64,000 nt of DNA, from the NCBI GenBank assembly GCA_963706325.1, contig CAVPLT010000006.1:146194-210193 (forward strand), written 5' to 3'. Position 1 is the first letter of the stretch; every line of letters begins with the position of its first letter. A program made the translations under genes and the position numbers. The notes under the pieces were generated by a model. It saw nothing but the letters and a program-made list of their open reading frames with translations, was not told where the DNA came from and searched no databases. The stretch is from an uncultured Nitrospiraceae bacterium. GTDB taxonomy: Bacteria > Nitrospirota > Nitrospiria > Nitrospirales > Nitrospiraceae. Shown here piece after piece: positions 1 to 11,363 of the stretch.

Positions 1-1154
1 ATGCCGACCATAAGCCCACATTGCCGAATGTCACCCACATGAATCAGCGCGGCCAGTGGGCGCAGCAGTCGGGCGAGCAGTTTGATCTGTCTTCGGACCT
101 GGGCGAGAGTCTTCTCCCGCCGGAAGATCTCGATGTTCGCAAGCGCCACGGCACAGCCGAGCGGATTACCCGTGTAACTATGCCCATGAAAGAAGGTTTT
201 CCAGTCTTTATATCGACCCAAGAAGGCGCGATAGATCTCTTCGGTCGCCAACGTGGCCGCAAGGGGCATATATCCCCCGGTTAACCCCTTGCTGATCGCC
301 ATGAGATCCGGAGTCACGCCCTCATGTTGGCACGCGAACATTTTTCCGGTACGGCCGAACCCGGTCGCCACTTCATCGGCAATCAGCAGGACGTTGTACT
401 GGGTGCAGAGATCGCGGACTCGCCTGAGGTATCCGGGCGGTGCCGTGAGCATCCCTGCGGCAGCTTGGACCAGCGGCTCAATGATGACACCGGCCAGTTC
501 CTGATGGCGTGTTCTCAACATCGCTTCGAGCGGATCGATGCAGGCTAAGCGGCAGGACGGGTATGTGAGGCTGAGCGGACATCGATAACAGTAGGGCGGG
601 TCCACCTCATAGGTAGGAAACAAGAGCTCCTTGAACCTCGCGTGAAACAGCTCAATGTTCCCCACGCTCACGGCGCCGACCGTGTCCCCGTGATAGGCCA
701 GTTTTAAATGGAGAAAAGAATTCTTCGAGCCGACTGCCGGCTGGCGTTGCTGCCAGTATTGCACTGCCATCTTCAGCGCGACTTCAACGGCCGTCGAGCC
801 ATTGTCCGAATAGAATACTCGCCGCAAGCCCTTAGGCGCGAGACGAATGAGTTCACGGGCCAATTGGATCGCCGGCGGATTGGAGAGCCCGAGCAACGTC
901 GAATGGGCGATGTTCTGAAGTTGCGACGTGAGCGCGCGGTCGAGTCGCGGATGCCGATGACCGTGCAAATTGACCCAGATGGAAGAGGTACCGTCGAGGT
1001 ACGTACGTCCCTCCGTATCGACGAGGTAGGAGCCCTTGCCCTTCTCGATGATGACGGGCATCTCCTGTTCCCACTCCTGCATCTGGGTAAACGGATGCCA
1101 GAGGTATGCATGGTCCCATGCTGCAAGCCGGGCTGTCTTGGAAGACGTCATCAT
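1..1154 (-). CDS. bioA: Adenosylmethionine-8-amino-7-oxononanoate aminotransferase (3' end lies outside the window)
   Basis: Manual minus-strand translation from ATG 1154: MMTSSKTARLAAWDHAYLWHPFTQMQEW...GKGSYLVDTEGRTYLDGTSSIWVNLHGH, a typical BioA N-terminus. Missing from the ORF track because it runs off the edge. Confidence 0.9.
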   Translation of the reverse strand, partial: MMTSSKTARLAAWDHAYLWHPFTQMQEWEQEMPVIIEKGKGSYLVDTEGRTYLDGTSSIWVNLHGHRHPRLDRALTSQLQNIAHSTLLGLSNPPAIQLARELIRLAPKGLRRVFYSDNGSTAVEVALKMAVQYWQQRQPAVGSKNSFLHLKLAYHGDTVGAVSVGNIELFHARFKELLFPTYEVDPPYCYRCPLSLTYPSCRLACIDPLEAMLRTRHQELAGVIIEPLVQAAAGMLTAPPGYLRRVRDLCTQYNVLLIADEVATGFGRTGKMFACQHEGVTPDLMAISKGLTGGYMPLAATLATEEIYRAFLGRYKDWKTFFHGHSYTGNPLGCAVALANIEIFRREKTLAQVRRQIKLLARLLRPLAALIHVGDIRQCGLMVG

Positions 1155-1250
1155 GAACGTGCGCGCGGAGTGAAAATGATCGTGCGGCAGGAACGTTCGG
1201 CGCGCGTGAAACGCTGCGTCGCGCGCGGATTATACCGGCGGGCGATTTCT

Positions 1251-1279
1251 TTGACAACCTTGGAAACGGTCACTATAAT
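1251..1279 (+). promoter_or_regulatory. Consensus sigma70 promoter of the lepA operon
   Basis: TTGACA (1251-1256), 17-bp spacer, TATAAT (1274-1279); lepA ATG at 1298. Confidence 0.8.
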
Positions 1280-1297
1280 GAACCGATTTTGGGGAAC

Positions 1298-3109
1298 ATG
1301 AGCCAGGATTTGCAAAGTCTCATCCGAAACTTCTCGATCATCGCCCATATCGATCACGGCAAATCGACCCTCGCTGACCGGCTCCTCGACGCAACTGGCG
1401 CAGTCACTGCCAGAGAAGCAAAGGAGCAAATCCTTGATGCGATGGACCTGGAGCGTGAGCGTGGTATCACGATTAAAGCTCACGCCGTGGCCATTCGTTA
1501 TAAGGCTCGTGATGGGAAGACGTATTTGCTGCATCTGATCGATACGCCCGGCCACGTCGACTTTACCTATGAGGTATCGCGCAGCCTGGCGGCTTGCGAA
1601 GGCTCGCTGCTCCTCGTCGATGCGACGCAGGGCGTGCAAGCGCAGACCATTGCCAACGTGAACTTGGCGATGGGCAATCATCACACGATTATTCCCGTCA
1701 TCAATAAAATCGACCTTGCCAGCGCCGACGTCGAAGGCACAAAACAGCAAATTTCCGAAGTGCTCACGCTGGACGCCAGCGATGCCATGTTGGTGAGCGC
1801 GAAGGAAGGACGCGGGGTGCCGGAAGTGCTCGAGGCGATTGTCACACGCATCCCCCCTCCGTCGGGTGATCCGGCTCTGCCCCTTAAAGCATTGATTTTC
1901 GATTCCTGGTTCGACAATTACCAAGGTGTCATCGTGCTGACTCGCATCGTCGACGGGTTCGTGCGGCCGGGGATGAAAATCAAGGTGATGTCCAATGACC
2001 GGTTGTTCGAAGTCACGGAGGTCGGACAATTCACACCGAAGCGGACCAAGGGAACACAGCTGCTCACAGGAGAGGTCGGGTATCTTTGCGCCAATATGAA
2101 GGAAGTCGCCGACGTGAAAATTGGTGATACGCTAACCGACGCGCTGAAACCGACCGGACAGGCGTTTCCAGGTTATAAAGAAGTGAAGCCGCTGGTCTTT
2201 TGTGGCCTCTATTCGACGGACACGGCGCGTTATGAAGATCTCCGGGATGCATTACTGAAGTTGCGGCTGAACGATTCGTCATTTGTCTATGAACCGGAAA
2301 CCTCCTTGGCGCTCGGGTTTGGATTTCGCTGCGGCTTCCTTGGTCTGCTGCACATGGAAATCATCCAGGAGCGGCTCGAACGCGAATACGAACTGACGCT
2401 GATCACAACCGCTCCGACCGTCATCTACCGCGTCCTCACCACGAAGGGGGATGTGCTGGAGGTAAACAATCCGGCCGATCTTCCGGAGCCCAGTTCCATT
2501 GCCTCATTTGAAGAGCCGTTTATTTTGGCCACGCTCATTGCTCCGGAGCGCTACCTCGGCACCCTCTTGCAATTGTGCCAGGAGCGCCGCGGCCTTCAAC
2601 GCAGCATTCATTATTTGGACCCTACGCGCGTCATGATCAGTTATGAGCTGCCGCTGAATGAAGTCATTCTGGATTTTTATGACAAACTAAAATCGAAGAC
2701 GCAAGGCTATGCATCGCTGGATTACGAACTGCTCGGGTATCGCGAATCCGACTTGGTCCGCCTCGACATTGTACTCAACGGCGAGCCAGTTGATGCGTTG
2801 TCGTTCATCACCCATAAGGATCGTTCGTACCAGCGAGGCCGGCAGGTTGCTGAAAAAATGAAAGAGCTGATCCCCAAGCAAATGTTTGAGATCGCCATTC
2901 AGGCTGCCATCGGCAACAAAATCGTCGCTCGAGAGACCATCGGCGCCATAAAGAAGAATGTCACGGCCAAGTGTTACGGGGGTGATATTTCCCGCAAGCG
3001 TAAACTCTGGGATAAACAGAAGGAAGGCAAAAAACGCATGAAAGCGGTCGGAAGAGTTGAAGTGCCGCAAGAGGCATTTTTAGCGATCCTCAAGGTGAGC
3101 GAGGAATGA
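1298..3109 (+). CDS. lepA: Elongation factor 4 (LepA)
   Basis: [37 protein letters not shown]-terminal [13 protein letters not shown]. Confidence 0.98.
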   Translation: MSQDLQSLIRNFSIIAHIDHGKSTLADRLLDATGAVTAREAKEQILDAMDLERERGITIKAHAVAIRYKARDGKTYLLHLIDTPGHVDFTYEVSRSLAACEGSLLLVDATQGVQAQTIANVNLAMGNHHTIIPVINKIDLASADVEGTKQQISEVLTLDASDAMLVSAKEGRGVPEVLEAIVTRIPPPSGDPALPLKALIFDSWFDNYQGVIVLTRIVDGFVRPGMKIKVMSNDRLFEVTEVGQFTPKRTKGTQLLTGEVGYLCANMKEVADVKIGDTLTDALKPTGQAFPGYKEVKPLVFCGLYSTDTARYEDLRDALLKLRLNDSSFVYEPETSLALGFGFRCGFLGLLHMEIIQERLEREYELTLITTAPTVIYRVLTTKGDVLEVNNPADLPEPSSIASFEEPFILATLIAPERYLGTLLQLCQERRGLQRSIHYLDPTRVMISYELPLNEVILDFYDKLKSKTQGYASLDYELLGYRESDLVRLDIVLNGEPVDALSFITHKDRSYQRGRQVAEKMKELIPKQMFEIAIQAAIGNKIVARETIGAIKKNVTAKCYGGDISRKRKLWDKQKEGKKRMKAVGRVEVPQEAFLAILKVSEE

Positions 3110-3897
3110 GCGTCGAACCCAATTCACCGCCACCCAACGAGGCCTCTACACCGACCGACGCAGGGGTGACACCCGCCCCATCCGAACCCGCTCCGGGCCT
3201 GGCTGTGCCTGGCGCTGCTGCGCGCGCGATTCAGCCGGTCCACAAATCAATCGTACGAGAGTATGCAGAGGCGATCGTGATCGCCATGTTGCTGGCTTTT
3301 GCCATCCGCGTCTTCGTCGTGCAAGCATTCAAAATTCCTTCCGGATCCATGATTCCCACACTGCTGGTGGGTGACCACATTTTAGTGAGCAAACTGTCGT
3401 ACGGCCTGCAATGGCCTACCGACTGTCAGATCAAGCCAGGATTTCCGCCGATCACCTGTTACTCCTCGCGAACCGTGCTTCCATTCGGCACCATTCAGCG
3501 CGGCGATATCATCGTTTTTCGGTTTCCTGAGGATGAGGACAAGGATTTCATCAAACGAGTCGTCGGACTTCCCGGTGATACCATTCAGATTCGAAACAAG
3601 ATTGTGCATGTGAACGGCACGCCATTCGAAGACCATGCCTTCACGCAGCACACGGATCCTCCGATTCATGATGGCCACATCAGTCCGCGCGATAATTTTG
3701 GCCCGGTCACGGTTCCCGACGATGCCTATTTTGTGATGGGAGACAATCGGGACCACAGTCTCGATAGTCGTTTCTGGGGCTATGTGCGCACCGAAAAGGT
3801 TCGCGGCAAAGCCTTTCGCATTTATTGGTCGTGGAGCGGTCAAGGATCATGGACCGAATGGGTACGATGGGAAAGGTTAGGAAAAGCCATCAAGTAG
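3106..3897 (+). CDS. lepB: Signal peptidase I
   Basis: [40 protein letters not shown] overlap with lepA. Confidence 0.96.
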   Translation: MSVEPNSPPPNEASTPTDAGVTPAPSEPAPGLAVPGAAARAIQPVHKSIVREYAEAIVIAMLLAFAIRVFVVQAFKIPSGSMIPTLLVGDHILVSKLSYGLQWPTDCQIKPGFPPITCYSSRTVLPFGTIQRGDIIVFRFPEDEDKDFIKRVVGLPGDTIQIRNKIVHVNGTPFEDHAFTQHTDPPIHDGHISPRDNFGPVTVPDDAYFVMGDNRDHSLDSRFWGYVRTEKVRGKAFRIYWSWSGQGSWTEWVRWERLGKAIK

Positions 3898-4931
3898 CGC
3901 GATCCGGGAACACCGGATCGTCCAGCACGCAGACAGGTGAGGGGGCGCCGGATGACGCGGCGATCCTTCGCGCCTATGTCCAGCGTTTCTCCCGCGCCAG
4001 CGTGTTGGTCATCGGAGATCTCATCCTCGATCACTATGTATGGGGACGCGTGAACCGGATCTCTCCGGAAGCGCCGGTTCCAGTGGTGCATGTGGAGTCT
4101 GAATCGCTTAAGCTGGGGGGCGCCGCGAATGTGTTCAACAACATTCTCGCCCTTGGGGGACAGGCCGACATATGCGGCGTCATCGGAGCTGATGAAAGCG
4201 GCCGGCTGCTTCTGAAGGAGTTGGGCGGACGACGGCAAGGTCGGGGCGGGGTCGTCATCGACCACAGCCGGCCGACGACACGCAAATCTCGCGTGGTTGC
4301 GCACAATCAACAAATCGTTCGGTACGACGTCGAGCGACGGACTGAACTGACCACGCTGCTGCAGCGCCGCATTCTCCGGTATGTGGAGTCCAGAATAAAG
4401 GAACTGTCCTGCTTGGTGGTGTCGGACTATGCCAAGGGCGTCGTCACAGCTTCGCTGATGACCGAGTTGACTCGATTGGCCGGACAGCGCAAGATTCCCA
4501 TCGTGGTGGATCCCAAGGTCGAACATTTCAGCTATTACCGAGGTGTGACGGTCGTCACCCCTAATCATTTAGAAGCCACTCAAGCCGCCGGTGTGCATGG
4601 CGACGACGACCAAGCGGTTAACAAGGCCGGTACGATCCTTCGGCAGCGATTGGGATGCCAGACCGTACTGGTGACCAGAGGCGAACGAGGCATGAGCGTC
4701 TACCAAGGGCATGGCGACCACTGGCATATTCCGACACGAGCTCGACAGGTGTTTGACGTGACAGGGGCGGGCGATACCGTCGTTGGTACGCTGGCACTGG
4801 CTCTCTCCACCGGCGCCACCATGCGGGAGGCTGCGGTACTCGCTAATCAAGCGGCAGGTGTGGTGGTCGGGATGATCGGAACCGCCACGGTGACGGCAGC
4901 ACAATTGACTGATTCTCTGGGACAGGGCTGA
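3867..4931 (+). CDS. rfaE1: D-glycero-beta-D-manno-heptose-7-phosphate kinase (HldE/RfaE domain I only)
   Basis: GDLILDHY, RISPEAPVPV, SDYAKG, DVTGAGDT (PfkB motif); start codon uncertain. Confidence 0.9.
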   Translation: MGKVRKSHQVARSGNTGSSSTQTGEGAPDDAAILRAYVQRFSRASVLVIGDLILDHYVWGRVNRISPEAPVPVVHVESESLKLGGAANVFNNILALGGQADICGVIGADESGRLLLKELGGRRQGRGGVVIDHSRPTTRKSRVVAHNQQIVRYDVERRTELTTLLQRRILRYVESRIKELSCLVVSDYAKGVVTASLMTELTRLAGQRKIPIVVDPKVEHFSYYRGVTVVTPNHLEATQAAGVHGDDDQAVNKAGTILRQRLGCQTVLVTRGERGMSVYQGHGDHWHIPTRARQVFDVTGAGDTVVGTLALALSTGATMREAAVLANQAAGVVVGMIGTATVTAAQLTDSLGQG

Positions 4932-4932
4932 C

Positions 4933-5706
4933 GTGACCCGGTCGGTCACGGTCGTGATTCCCGCTCGGTACGGATCCTCTCGATTTCCTGGGAAACCATT
5001 GGTAGACCTGCTGGGTAAGCCGATGATTCAGCACGTCTATGAGCAGGCGAAGGCCTGTCGCGTGGTGAACGACGTCTTGGTGGCCACCGATGACGAACGC
5101 ATCAAAGCGGCTGTTGAGCGGTTCGGAGGACGAGTCGTCATGATGACGGAGTCCTATCGTACCGGAACCGACCGGGTGGCGGGGATTGCGAACGCCCAGG
5201 CCGGTGATTGCTTCGTCGATCTGCAAGGAGACGAAATTTTGCTCCACCCCGATCTCATCACGGATTTGGTGGAACCGTTTCTGGCCAGCGATGCGTCCAT
5301 GGGCACGTTAAAACGACGGATCGAATCGGACCACGATCTGCAAAATTCTGGAGTGGTGAAGGTCACGACCGATCGTGACGGCTATGCCCTCTACTTTTCC
5401 AGAGCGCCGATTCCCCTGGTTCGGGATGACCCGCGGCGGACTGCTGTGGCGGGACTGCATTTCATTCACCTGGGCCTCTACATCTATACGCGCGAGACAT
5501 TGATGCGACTTGCGGCATTGCCCACGGGGATGCTCGAAGAGGCGGAAAAGCTGGAACAATTGCGCGCGCTGGAACACGGCATTCGAATTCGCGTCTGGGA
5601 AACCACCCATTCTTCATTACGCATCGACAGCCCGGAAGACGTGCCCAACGCATTGGAACAGCTTCGCAACAATGATACTGGACGCTGCAGTACTCACGCG
5701 TCATGA
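4933..5706 (+). CDS. kdsB: 3-deoxy-manno-octulosonate cytidylyltransferase
   Basis: [34 protein letters not shown]. Confidence 0.96.
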   Translation: MTRSVTVVIPARYGSSRFPGKPLVDLLGKPMIQHVYEQAKACRVVNDVLVATDDERIKAAVERFGGRVVMMTESYRTGTDRVAGIANAQAGDCFVDLQGDEILLHPDLITDLVEPFLASDASMGTLKRRIESDHDLQNSGVVKVTTDRDGYALYFSRAPIPLVRDDPRRTAVAGLHFIHLGLYIYTRETLMRLAALPTGMLEEAEKLEQLRALEHGIRIRVWETTHSSLRIDSPEDVPNALEQLRNNDTGRCSTHAS

Positions 5707-5737
5707 CAAGTGGTCGCATTCACAAGAAGGTGCAACG

Positions 5738-7339
5738 ATGAGCAAATTCATATTTGTGACCGGGGGTGTCGTCTCGTCGCTCGGAAAAGGGCTGGCCTCC
5801 GCGGCTATCGGCAATCTGCTGGAAAGCCGCGGGTTGAAGATCACGTTTCTCAAGCTCGACCCATACATCAACGTCGACCCTGGGACGATGAATCCGTACC
5901 AGCATGGGGAAGTCTATGTCACGGAAGACGGGGCGGAGACCGATCTGGACCTCGGCCACTACGAACGCTATACCTCAATGACGCTCACCCGGGAGAACAA
6001 TTACACCACAGGGCGCATCTACCATTCCGTGATTACGAAGGAGCGGCGCGGAGATTACTTGGGTGGAACCGTGCAGGTGGTGCCGCATGTCACGGACGAA
6101 ATCAAGCAATGCATCATGCGCATCTCGCAGGGCATAGATGTCACGATCGTCGAAATAGGAGGCACCGTCGGCGACATCGAGAGCCTGCCCTTCCTCGAGG
6201 CCATCCGGCAGATCCCGTACGACGTGGGACGAGACAACGTGCTCTATGTCCATCTCACGCTCGTCCCATACATCGGAGCTGCCGGAGAATTGAAAACGAA
6301 GCCGACGCAACATTCGGTGAACAAGCTTCGAGAAATCGGCATTCAGCCGAACATCCTCTTATGCCGGACTGATCGATATTTGCCTCCGGAACTCAAGGCG
6401 AAGATTGCGATGTTCTGCAACGTCGAAAAAGATGCCGTTATTACGGCCAAAGATGTTGAAACCATCTATGAGGTGCCGATCGTATTCCGCAAGGAGGGAT
6501 TGGATGAACTGATCGTCCGTTTGCTGAAGTTGGAAACGGGTCCGCCGAATCTTCGCGAATGGGATGCCATGGTGCAGAAGATCAAACATCCTAAACATGA
6601 GGTGTCCATAGCGCTGGTGGGCAAATATGCCGGCTTGAAAGAATGCTACAAAAGTCTGGCGGAAGCGCTGGTGCACGGCGGCATCGATCATGAAACCCGC
6701 GTGAATATCACCTGGATTGAGTCCGAAGAAGTCGAGCGCCAAGGCACCGAGCGCATTCTGCGTGAGATGGATGGGATCTTGATCCCAGGCGGATTCGGCG
6801 CACGTGGCATTGAGGGCAAGGTCATCACAATTCAGTACGCACGCGAGCATCAAATCCCATTTCTCGGCCTCTGCCTGGGCATGCAATGCGCCACGATCGA
6901 ATTCGCGCGAAATGTTGCCGGACTGAAGGACGCGAACAGTGCCGAGTTCGACGAGCGCACCCCGCACCCGGTGATTCACTTGATGTCTGACCAGCAGTCC
7001 ATCAGCGACAAAGGCGGCACCATGCGGCTTGGCTCCTACACCTGCAAACTCGGCGAGGGAACGTTGGCGCAGAAAATGTATGGACTCAGTGACGTGCGAG
7101 AGCGACATCGCCATCGATACGAATTCAACAATGCCTATCGTGACCGCCTGACAGCCAAGGGGTTGGTGTTGAGTGGACTGTCACCAGATGGACGGCTGGT
7201 GGAAATCGTCGAGTTGCAGAATCATCCCTGGTTCTTGGCAACGCAATTTCATCCGGAGTACAACTCGCGGCCGCATCATCCACACCCCTTGTTCACGGGG
7301 TTTGTGGGAGCGGCGTTACGCCGAAAGTGCGGCCATTAA
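5738..7339 (+). CDS. pyrG: CTP synthase
   Basis: [37 protein letters not shown]. Confidence 0.98.
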   Translation: MSKFIFVTGGVVSSLGKGLASAAIGNLLESRGLKITFLKLDPYINVDPGTMNPYQHGEVYVTEDGAETDLDLGHYERYTSMTLTRENNYTTGRIYHSVITKERRGDYLGGTVQVVPHVTDEIKQCIMRISQGIDVTIVEIGGTVGDIESLPFLEAIRQIPYDVGRDNVLYVHLTLVPYIGAAGELKTKPTQHSVNKLREIGIQPNILLCRTDRYLPPELKAKIAMFCNVEKDAVITAKDVETIYEVPIVFRKEGLDELIVRLLKLETGPPNLREWDAMVQKIKHPKHEVSIALVGKYAGLKECYKSLAEALVHGGIDHETRVNITWIESEEVERQGTERILREMDGILIPGGFGARGIEGKVITIQYAREHQIPFLGLCLGMQCATIEFARNVAGLKDANSAEFDERTPHPVIHLMSDQQSISDKGGTMRLGSYTCKLGEGTLAQKMYGLSDVRERHRHRYEFNNAYRDRLTAKGLVLSGLSPDGRLVEIVELQNHPWFLATQFHPEYNSRPHHPHPLFTGFVGAALRRKCGH

Positions 7340-7342
7340 AGT

Positions 7343-7465
7343 GAGATGCTGAAACCGGCTTCCAGTTGCGTTCTCGGTCGCATGCTTCCTTGTGACGTAC
7401 CGCAAGGGTACGCCTCAGTCCACACGCTTCCTGCGGCCTTGCTGGAAGACCGGTTTGAGCATCTC
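7343..7465 (+). repeat. Interspersed ~125-nt hairpin repeat (family 1, copy A)
   Basis: Terminal inverted repeat GAGATGCTgAAACCGG...CCGGTTTgAGCATCTC; core GCGTTCTCG...CGTACCGCAAGGGTACGCCTC...CTGCGGCCTTGCTG shared with 39916-40040. Confidence 0.8.
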
Positions 7466-7485
7466 CTTTGAGAGTCGGTCAATTT

Positions 7486-8319
7486 ATGAGCCACGATGTT
7501 CAGATTGGGAGTTTCACCGTCGGAGCGGGGAATCGACCGTTTTTAATCGCCGGACCTTGCGTGATCGAGAGCGAACAGCTCGCCATGGACACAGCAGGCC
7601 GGATCGCCGAAATCACCAAGTCCCTGGGCATGCCCTACGTCTTCAAATCGTCCTATGATAAGGCCAATCGCACGTCCATCACCTCCTATCGTGGACCGGG
7701 TCTTGAAAAGGGTCTCGCTGTGCTGGCCAAGGTCAAGCAACAGATTGGCGTGCCGACTCTCACCGACGTGCATTCGGAAGAACAGGCGGCAGAGGCAGGC
7801 AAGGTCGTGGATATTCTTCAAATTCCGGCCTTTCTCTGCCGCCAAACTGACCTTTTGATCGCCGCGGCCAAGACAGGAAAAGTCGTCAACATCAAGAAGG
7901 GGCAGTTTTTATCACCGTTGGAAATGGCGAACGCCGTCAAAAAAGTCGAGGAATGCGGAAACCGGCGCATTGTGCTGACTGAACGTGGTTCTTCTTTCGG
8001 TTATAACAATTTGGTCGTCGACATGCGCGCCTTTCCGATCATGCGACGGTTCGGGTATCCGGTGGTGTTCGACGCGACCCACAGCGTGCAACTTCCCGGT
8101 GGAGCTGGCACACAATCCAGCGGCCAGCGTGAGTTCGTCGAACCCTTGGCCTGTGCAGCAGCGGGCGCCGGTTGCGACGGGTTCTTCATGGAAGTGCATC
8201 CCGACCCCGACTCGGCCTTGTCCGACGGACCCAATATGGTTCCTCTTCACGCACTTCAATCACTTCTCGAACGGGTACTACGTATATGCGACGCAGCCGG
8301 GCCACAACCAGCTCAATAA
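7486..8319 (+). CDS. kdsA: KDO8P synthase
   Basis: IAGPCVIES, KSSYDKANRTS, QIPAFLCRQTDL, DATHSVQ. Confidence 0.97.
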   Translation: MSHDVQIGSFTVGAGNRPFLIAGPCVIESEQLAMDTAGRIAEITKSLGMPYVFKSSYDKANRTSITSYRGPGLEKGLAVLAKVKQQIGVPTLTDVHSEEQAAEAGKVVDILQIPAFLCRQTDLLIAAAKTGKVVNIKKGQFLSPLEMANAVKKVEECGNRRIVLTERGSSFGYNNLVVDMRAFPIMRRFGYPVVFDATHSVQLPGGAGTQSSGQREFVEPLACAAAGAGCDGFFMEVHPDPDSALSDGPNMVPLHALQSLLERVLRICDAAGPQPAQ

Positions 8320-9323
8320 ACGACACTAGACCCTCAAGAGTCCTCCGTCGAATCCCGCTGGACGCCAGCGTGCAAGAGGGGAAACGCGTCCTGGAAATCG
8401 AGGCGCGGGCCGTGCAAGACTTAATCGCTCGTCTCGATGAACGCTTCGCCAGCGCAGTCACATTCTTGCATGACTGCCGAGGGAAGGTCGTCATTTCGGG
8501 CATGGGAAAATCTGGCTTGATCGGGCAAAAGATTGCGGCGACATTAGCCAGCACCGGCACGCCTTCGTTCTTTCTGCATCCGGCTGAAGGCGTCCATGGT
8601 GATTTGGGCATGTTGGCCAAACAGGATGCGCTGATTGCGATTTCCAATAGCGGCGAAACGCAGGAGGTCTTGCAACTGCTGCCCTTTGTCAAACGACTCA
8701 ACGTGCCTGTGGTAGCGCTGACCGGCGTTAGCACATCGACATTGGCCAAGAACAGCGATGTGACCCTGGATATTTCCGTCCGTGAAGAAGCCTGCCCATT
8801 GGGCTTGGCGCCGACTGCGAGTACCACCGCCACCCTCGCCATGGGAGATGCCCTAGCGGTCGCGCTGCTTCAAAAGCGGGGATTTAAACAGGACGATTTC
8901 GCACAGTTCCATCCGGGTGGCACCTTGGGGCGTCGCCTTCTCGTGAAAGTGCGAGATCTGATGCAGCAAGGAGACCATCTACCTCAAGTACGGCAGAATG
9001 CCTCCGGCACGGACACCATTTTGGAAATGACGTCTAAGAAACTCGGAATGACCACGGTGGTGAATGCGAAGGGCGCCCTCTACGGAATCGTCACCGACGG
9101 AGACTTACGCCGCTTCATACAAAAAGGCGGCGATTTCAGCAAGGTGACCGCGCGTGACTTGGCCAGCCGGCGTCCAAAAACTATCGGGCCAGACGAACTG
9201 GCCACGACGGCTGTGGCGCTCATGGAGCGGTTTTCCATTACGGCGCTGGTGGTCCTGGACGCACCACATCACTTGGCCGGCGTCATCCACTTGCATGACC
9301 TCTTAAAAAACGGCATTGTATAA
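8286..9323 (+). CDS. kdsD: Arabinose-5-phosphate isomerase (KpsF/GutQ; SIS + 2 CBS domains)
   Basis: GMGKSG, HGDLG, LAPTASTT, FHPGGTLG, TDGDLRR; start approximate. Confidence 0.95.
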   Translation: MRRSRATTSSINDTRPSRVLRRIPLDASVQEGKRVLEIEARAVQDLIARLDERFASAVTFLHDCRGKVVISGMGKSGLIGQKIAATLASTGTPSFFLHPAEGVHGDLGMLAKQDALIAISNSGETQEVLQLLPFVKRLNVPVVALTGVSTSTLAKNSDVTLDISVREEACPLGLAPTASTTATLAMGDALAVALLQKRGFKQDDFAQFHPGGTLGRRLLVKVRDLMQQGDHLPQVRQNASGTDTILEMTSKKLGMTTVVNAKGALYGIVTDGDLRRFIQKGGDFSKVTARDLASRRPKTIGPDELATTAVALMERFSITALVVLDAPHHLAGVIHLHDLLKNGIV

Positions 9324-9355
9324 GCGAACAACTGGCAACGAGCGCTGAGAGGACG

Positions 9356-9970
9356 ATGGCAGAGAACTGGAAAGAAGCCGGGCTGGTGCTGATGCGGTCG
9401 GCAGGACAGGAAAGTAATATTAACCTGCCCAATGTCCTGACGCTTGTCAGGATTCTCTTGATCCCGGTGTTCATCATGTTGCTGATTGATCCCACGCCGG
9501 ATCGCGCCTTGGCCGCCGCCATCGTGTTTGTCGTCGCGGCCGTGACCGATCTGCTTGACGGGTACGTGGCCAGGAAAACTGGCCAGATCACCAAGCTGGG
9601 TCGATTGCTGGATCCCATTGCCGACAAATTGCTGGTGCTTTCCGCACTGATCTTATTAGTGCAAGTCGATCGTGTCAGCGCGTTGATCGCCATCCTGATC
9701 ATTGCGCGAGAAGTGGCGGTGACAGGTATCCGAGCGATTGCGGCAACGGAAGGACTGATCATGTCCGCCGAAGTCACCGGAAAGTATAAAATGGCCTTGC
9801 AGGTCATCGCGATCGTACTCTTGGTTCTTGAAGGAACCGTGCTGGAAGCCATCGGCAATCTCCATCTCGCGGGCATCGTGACCCTGTACCTGTCTCTCAT
9901 CCTGGGCTATGTGTCCGGCGCGCAGTACGTCTGGAGTTTCTGGCGCCAGGTCGGGGTCAAAGGACTGTAG
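9356..9970 (+). CDS. pgsA: CDP-diacylglycerol--glycerol-3-phosphate 3-phosphatidyltransferase
   Basis: NLPNVLT, TDLLDGYVAR...LGRLLDPIADK CDP-alcohol phosphotransferase motif. Confidence 0.95.
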   Translation: MAENWKEAGLVLMRSAGQESNINLPNVLTLVRILLIPVFIMLLIDPTPDRALAAAIVFVVAAVTDLLDGYVARKTGQITKLGRLLDPIADKLLVLSALILLVQVDRVSALIAILIIAREVAVTGIRAIAATEGLIMSAEVTGKYKMALQVIAIVLLVLEGTVLEAIGNLHLAGIVTLYLSLILGYVSGAQYVWSFWRQVGVKGL

Positions 9971-10016
9971 CCGAATTGCGCTATCGGCGTGCGTATCCGA
10001 CATCGCTGGATAATTG

Positions 10017-10619
10017 ATGGACAGTCCCTGGCTCATCGGTCTCCTGACTCTTCTCGGTTATCTCATCGGATCGATCCCGTTCGGCGTGGTTGTGTCCCAG
10101 CTGCTCGGTGTGGCCGATCCACGTTCTGCAGGCAGCCGTAATGTGGGATTCACGAATGTCTTGCGCGTGAGCGGGAAAAAGGCCGGAGTTCTGACGCTGG
10201 TCGGCGACATCGGAAAAGGCTGGTTCGTCGCCTGGGTAGGGACGTTATTGTTGCACCAAGAATCCGCCATTCTCTTCGTAGCCATGGCATCGATCGTTGG
10301 GCATCTCTATTCAATATTCCTTAAGTTTAAAGGGGGGAAAGGCGTGGCGACATCGATTGGTGCCGTACTAGGGGTTGCCCCTTGGATCGGGCTTGCGCTC
10401 CTGGGAATTTGGGTGGGAGCGGTTCTGCTGTGGAAATATTCATCCGGTGGTGCGCTCGTCGCTTTTGGAGTCTTTCCCATCATGGCGCTGGTATTTCATC
10501 GGTCTTGGCTGTTCGTGGGATTTGCCTGTGTCGTGGGGCTGTTGATCTGGGGCAGGCACAAAGAGAACCTGATTCGCTTATGGAGTGGGACGGAATCTCG
10601 AATCGGACACACGAGTTGA
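10017..10619 (+). CDS. plsY: Glycerol-3-phosphate acyltransferase PlsY
   Basis: GSIPFG, GSRNVGFTNVLR, FKGGKGVAT, HKENLIRL. Confidence 0.95.
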   Translation: MDSPWLIGLLTLLGYLIGSIPFGVVVSQLLGVADPRSAGSRNVGFTNVLRVSGKKAGVLTLVGDIGKGWFVAWVGTLLLHQESAILFVAMASIVGHLYSIFLKFKGGKGVATSIGAVLGVAPWIGLALLGIWVGAVLLWKYSSGGALVAFGVFPIMALVFHRSWLFVGFACVVGLLIWGRHKENLIRLWSGTESRIGHTS

Positions 10620-10647
10620 CATAATATATCTTATCAGACACCTAAAA

Positions 10648-11286
10648 ATGCTCTCATTTGAGCTCCTGGCCAGATTTCGCAAAGAACTTTCCTTCACCGG
10701 CAGCGTCCTCTATGAGACCATTGTCGCCATCGCAGAACGCGTCAACCGCAAGGTGCAAGTACTACGGCTTCATGGTCAGGCCCTCACGGTTCTGAATCAG
10801 ATTCACGTTGTTCATCGAGACATCGGCCGGCGTGTCGTTGAGCTAGCCGCTAAACCCGTGAGAGGCGCTGATCCTGAACCGTGTTCCAATCGACTCCCGC
10901 TCGAAGATGCCATTCGCATTGCCGCAGACCGTATCAAGGGACAGCGAGCGACGTTGCAGCACATCGAGAGCCATATTCGAGACCTGAAAATTGAGTTAGC
11001 TCAAGAAGAGTTACTGACGATACAACGCGACCTGGGATTGCGTGACGCCGCCCTGGAGCGTGTCATCGTAGCCCAAGGCGCACCAATCATCGGCCATCCG
11101 ATAGGCGACTTTGATTTGCCTGCCACGACTCGTATCGTGGCGGTCCTCCGAGGCCCATTCCTCCTCCCCCTCTCCGACTCCATGACATTGCGTCCGGACG
11201 ACATTGTGATCCTTGCAGGACTGCGCCGCGACCTGACCCATTGGCTTCCTCATTTTCAAAGGGCCGTTGCATCCAAAACGGCCTGA
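10648..11286 (+). CDS. Coiled-coil protein with C-terminal TrkA-C/RCK_C domain
   Basis: C-terminal GAPIIGHPIGDFDLPATTRIVAVLRG...LRPDDIVILAG resembles RCK_C. Confidence 0.65.
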   Translation: MLSFELLARFRKELSFTGSVLYETIVAIAERVNRKVQVLRLHGQALTVLNQIHVVHRDIGRRVVELAAKPVRGADPEPCSNRLPLEDAIRIAADRIKGQRATLQHIESHIRDLKIELAQEELLTIQRDLGLRDAALERVIVAQGAPIIGHPIGDFDLPATTRIVAVLRGPFLLPLSDSMTLRPDDIVILAGLRRDLTHWLPHFQRAVASKTA

Positions 11287-11363
11287 GTCGATCCTTTCGC
11301 CACCGTTCTAGAATCTGCTATTCTGTACTCGGCAAACCGTATAGGCGCTGGAGCGTGGCGATC

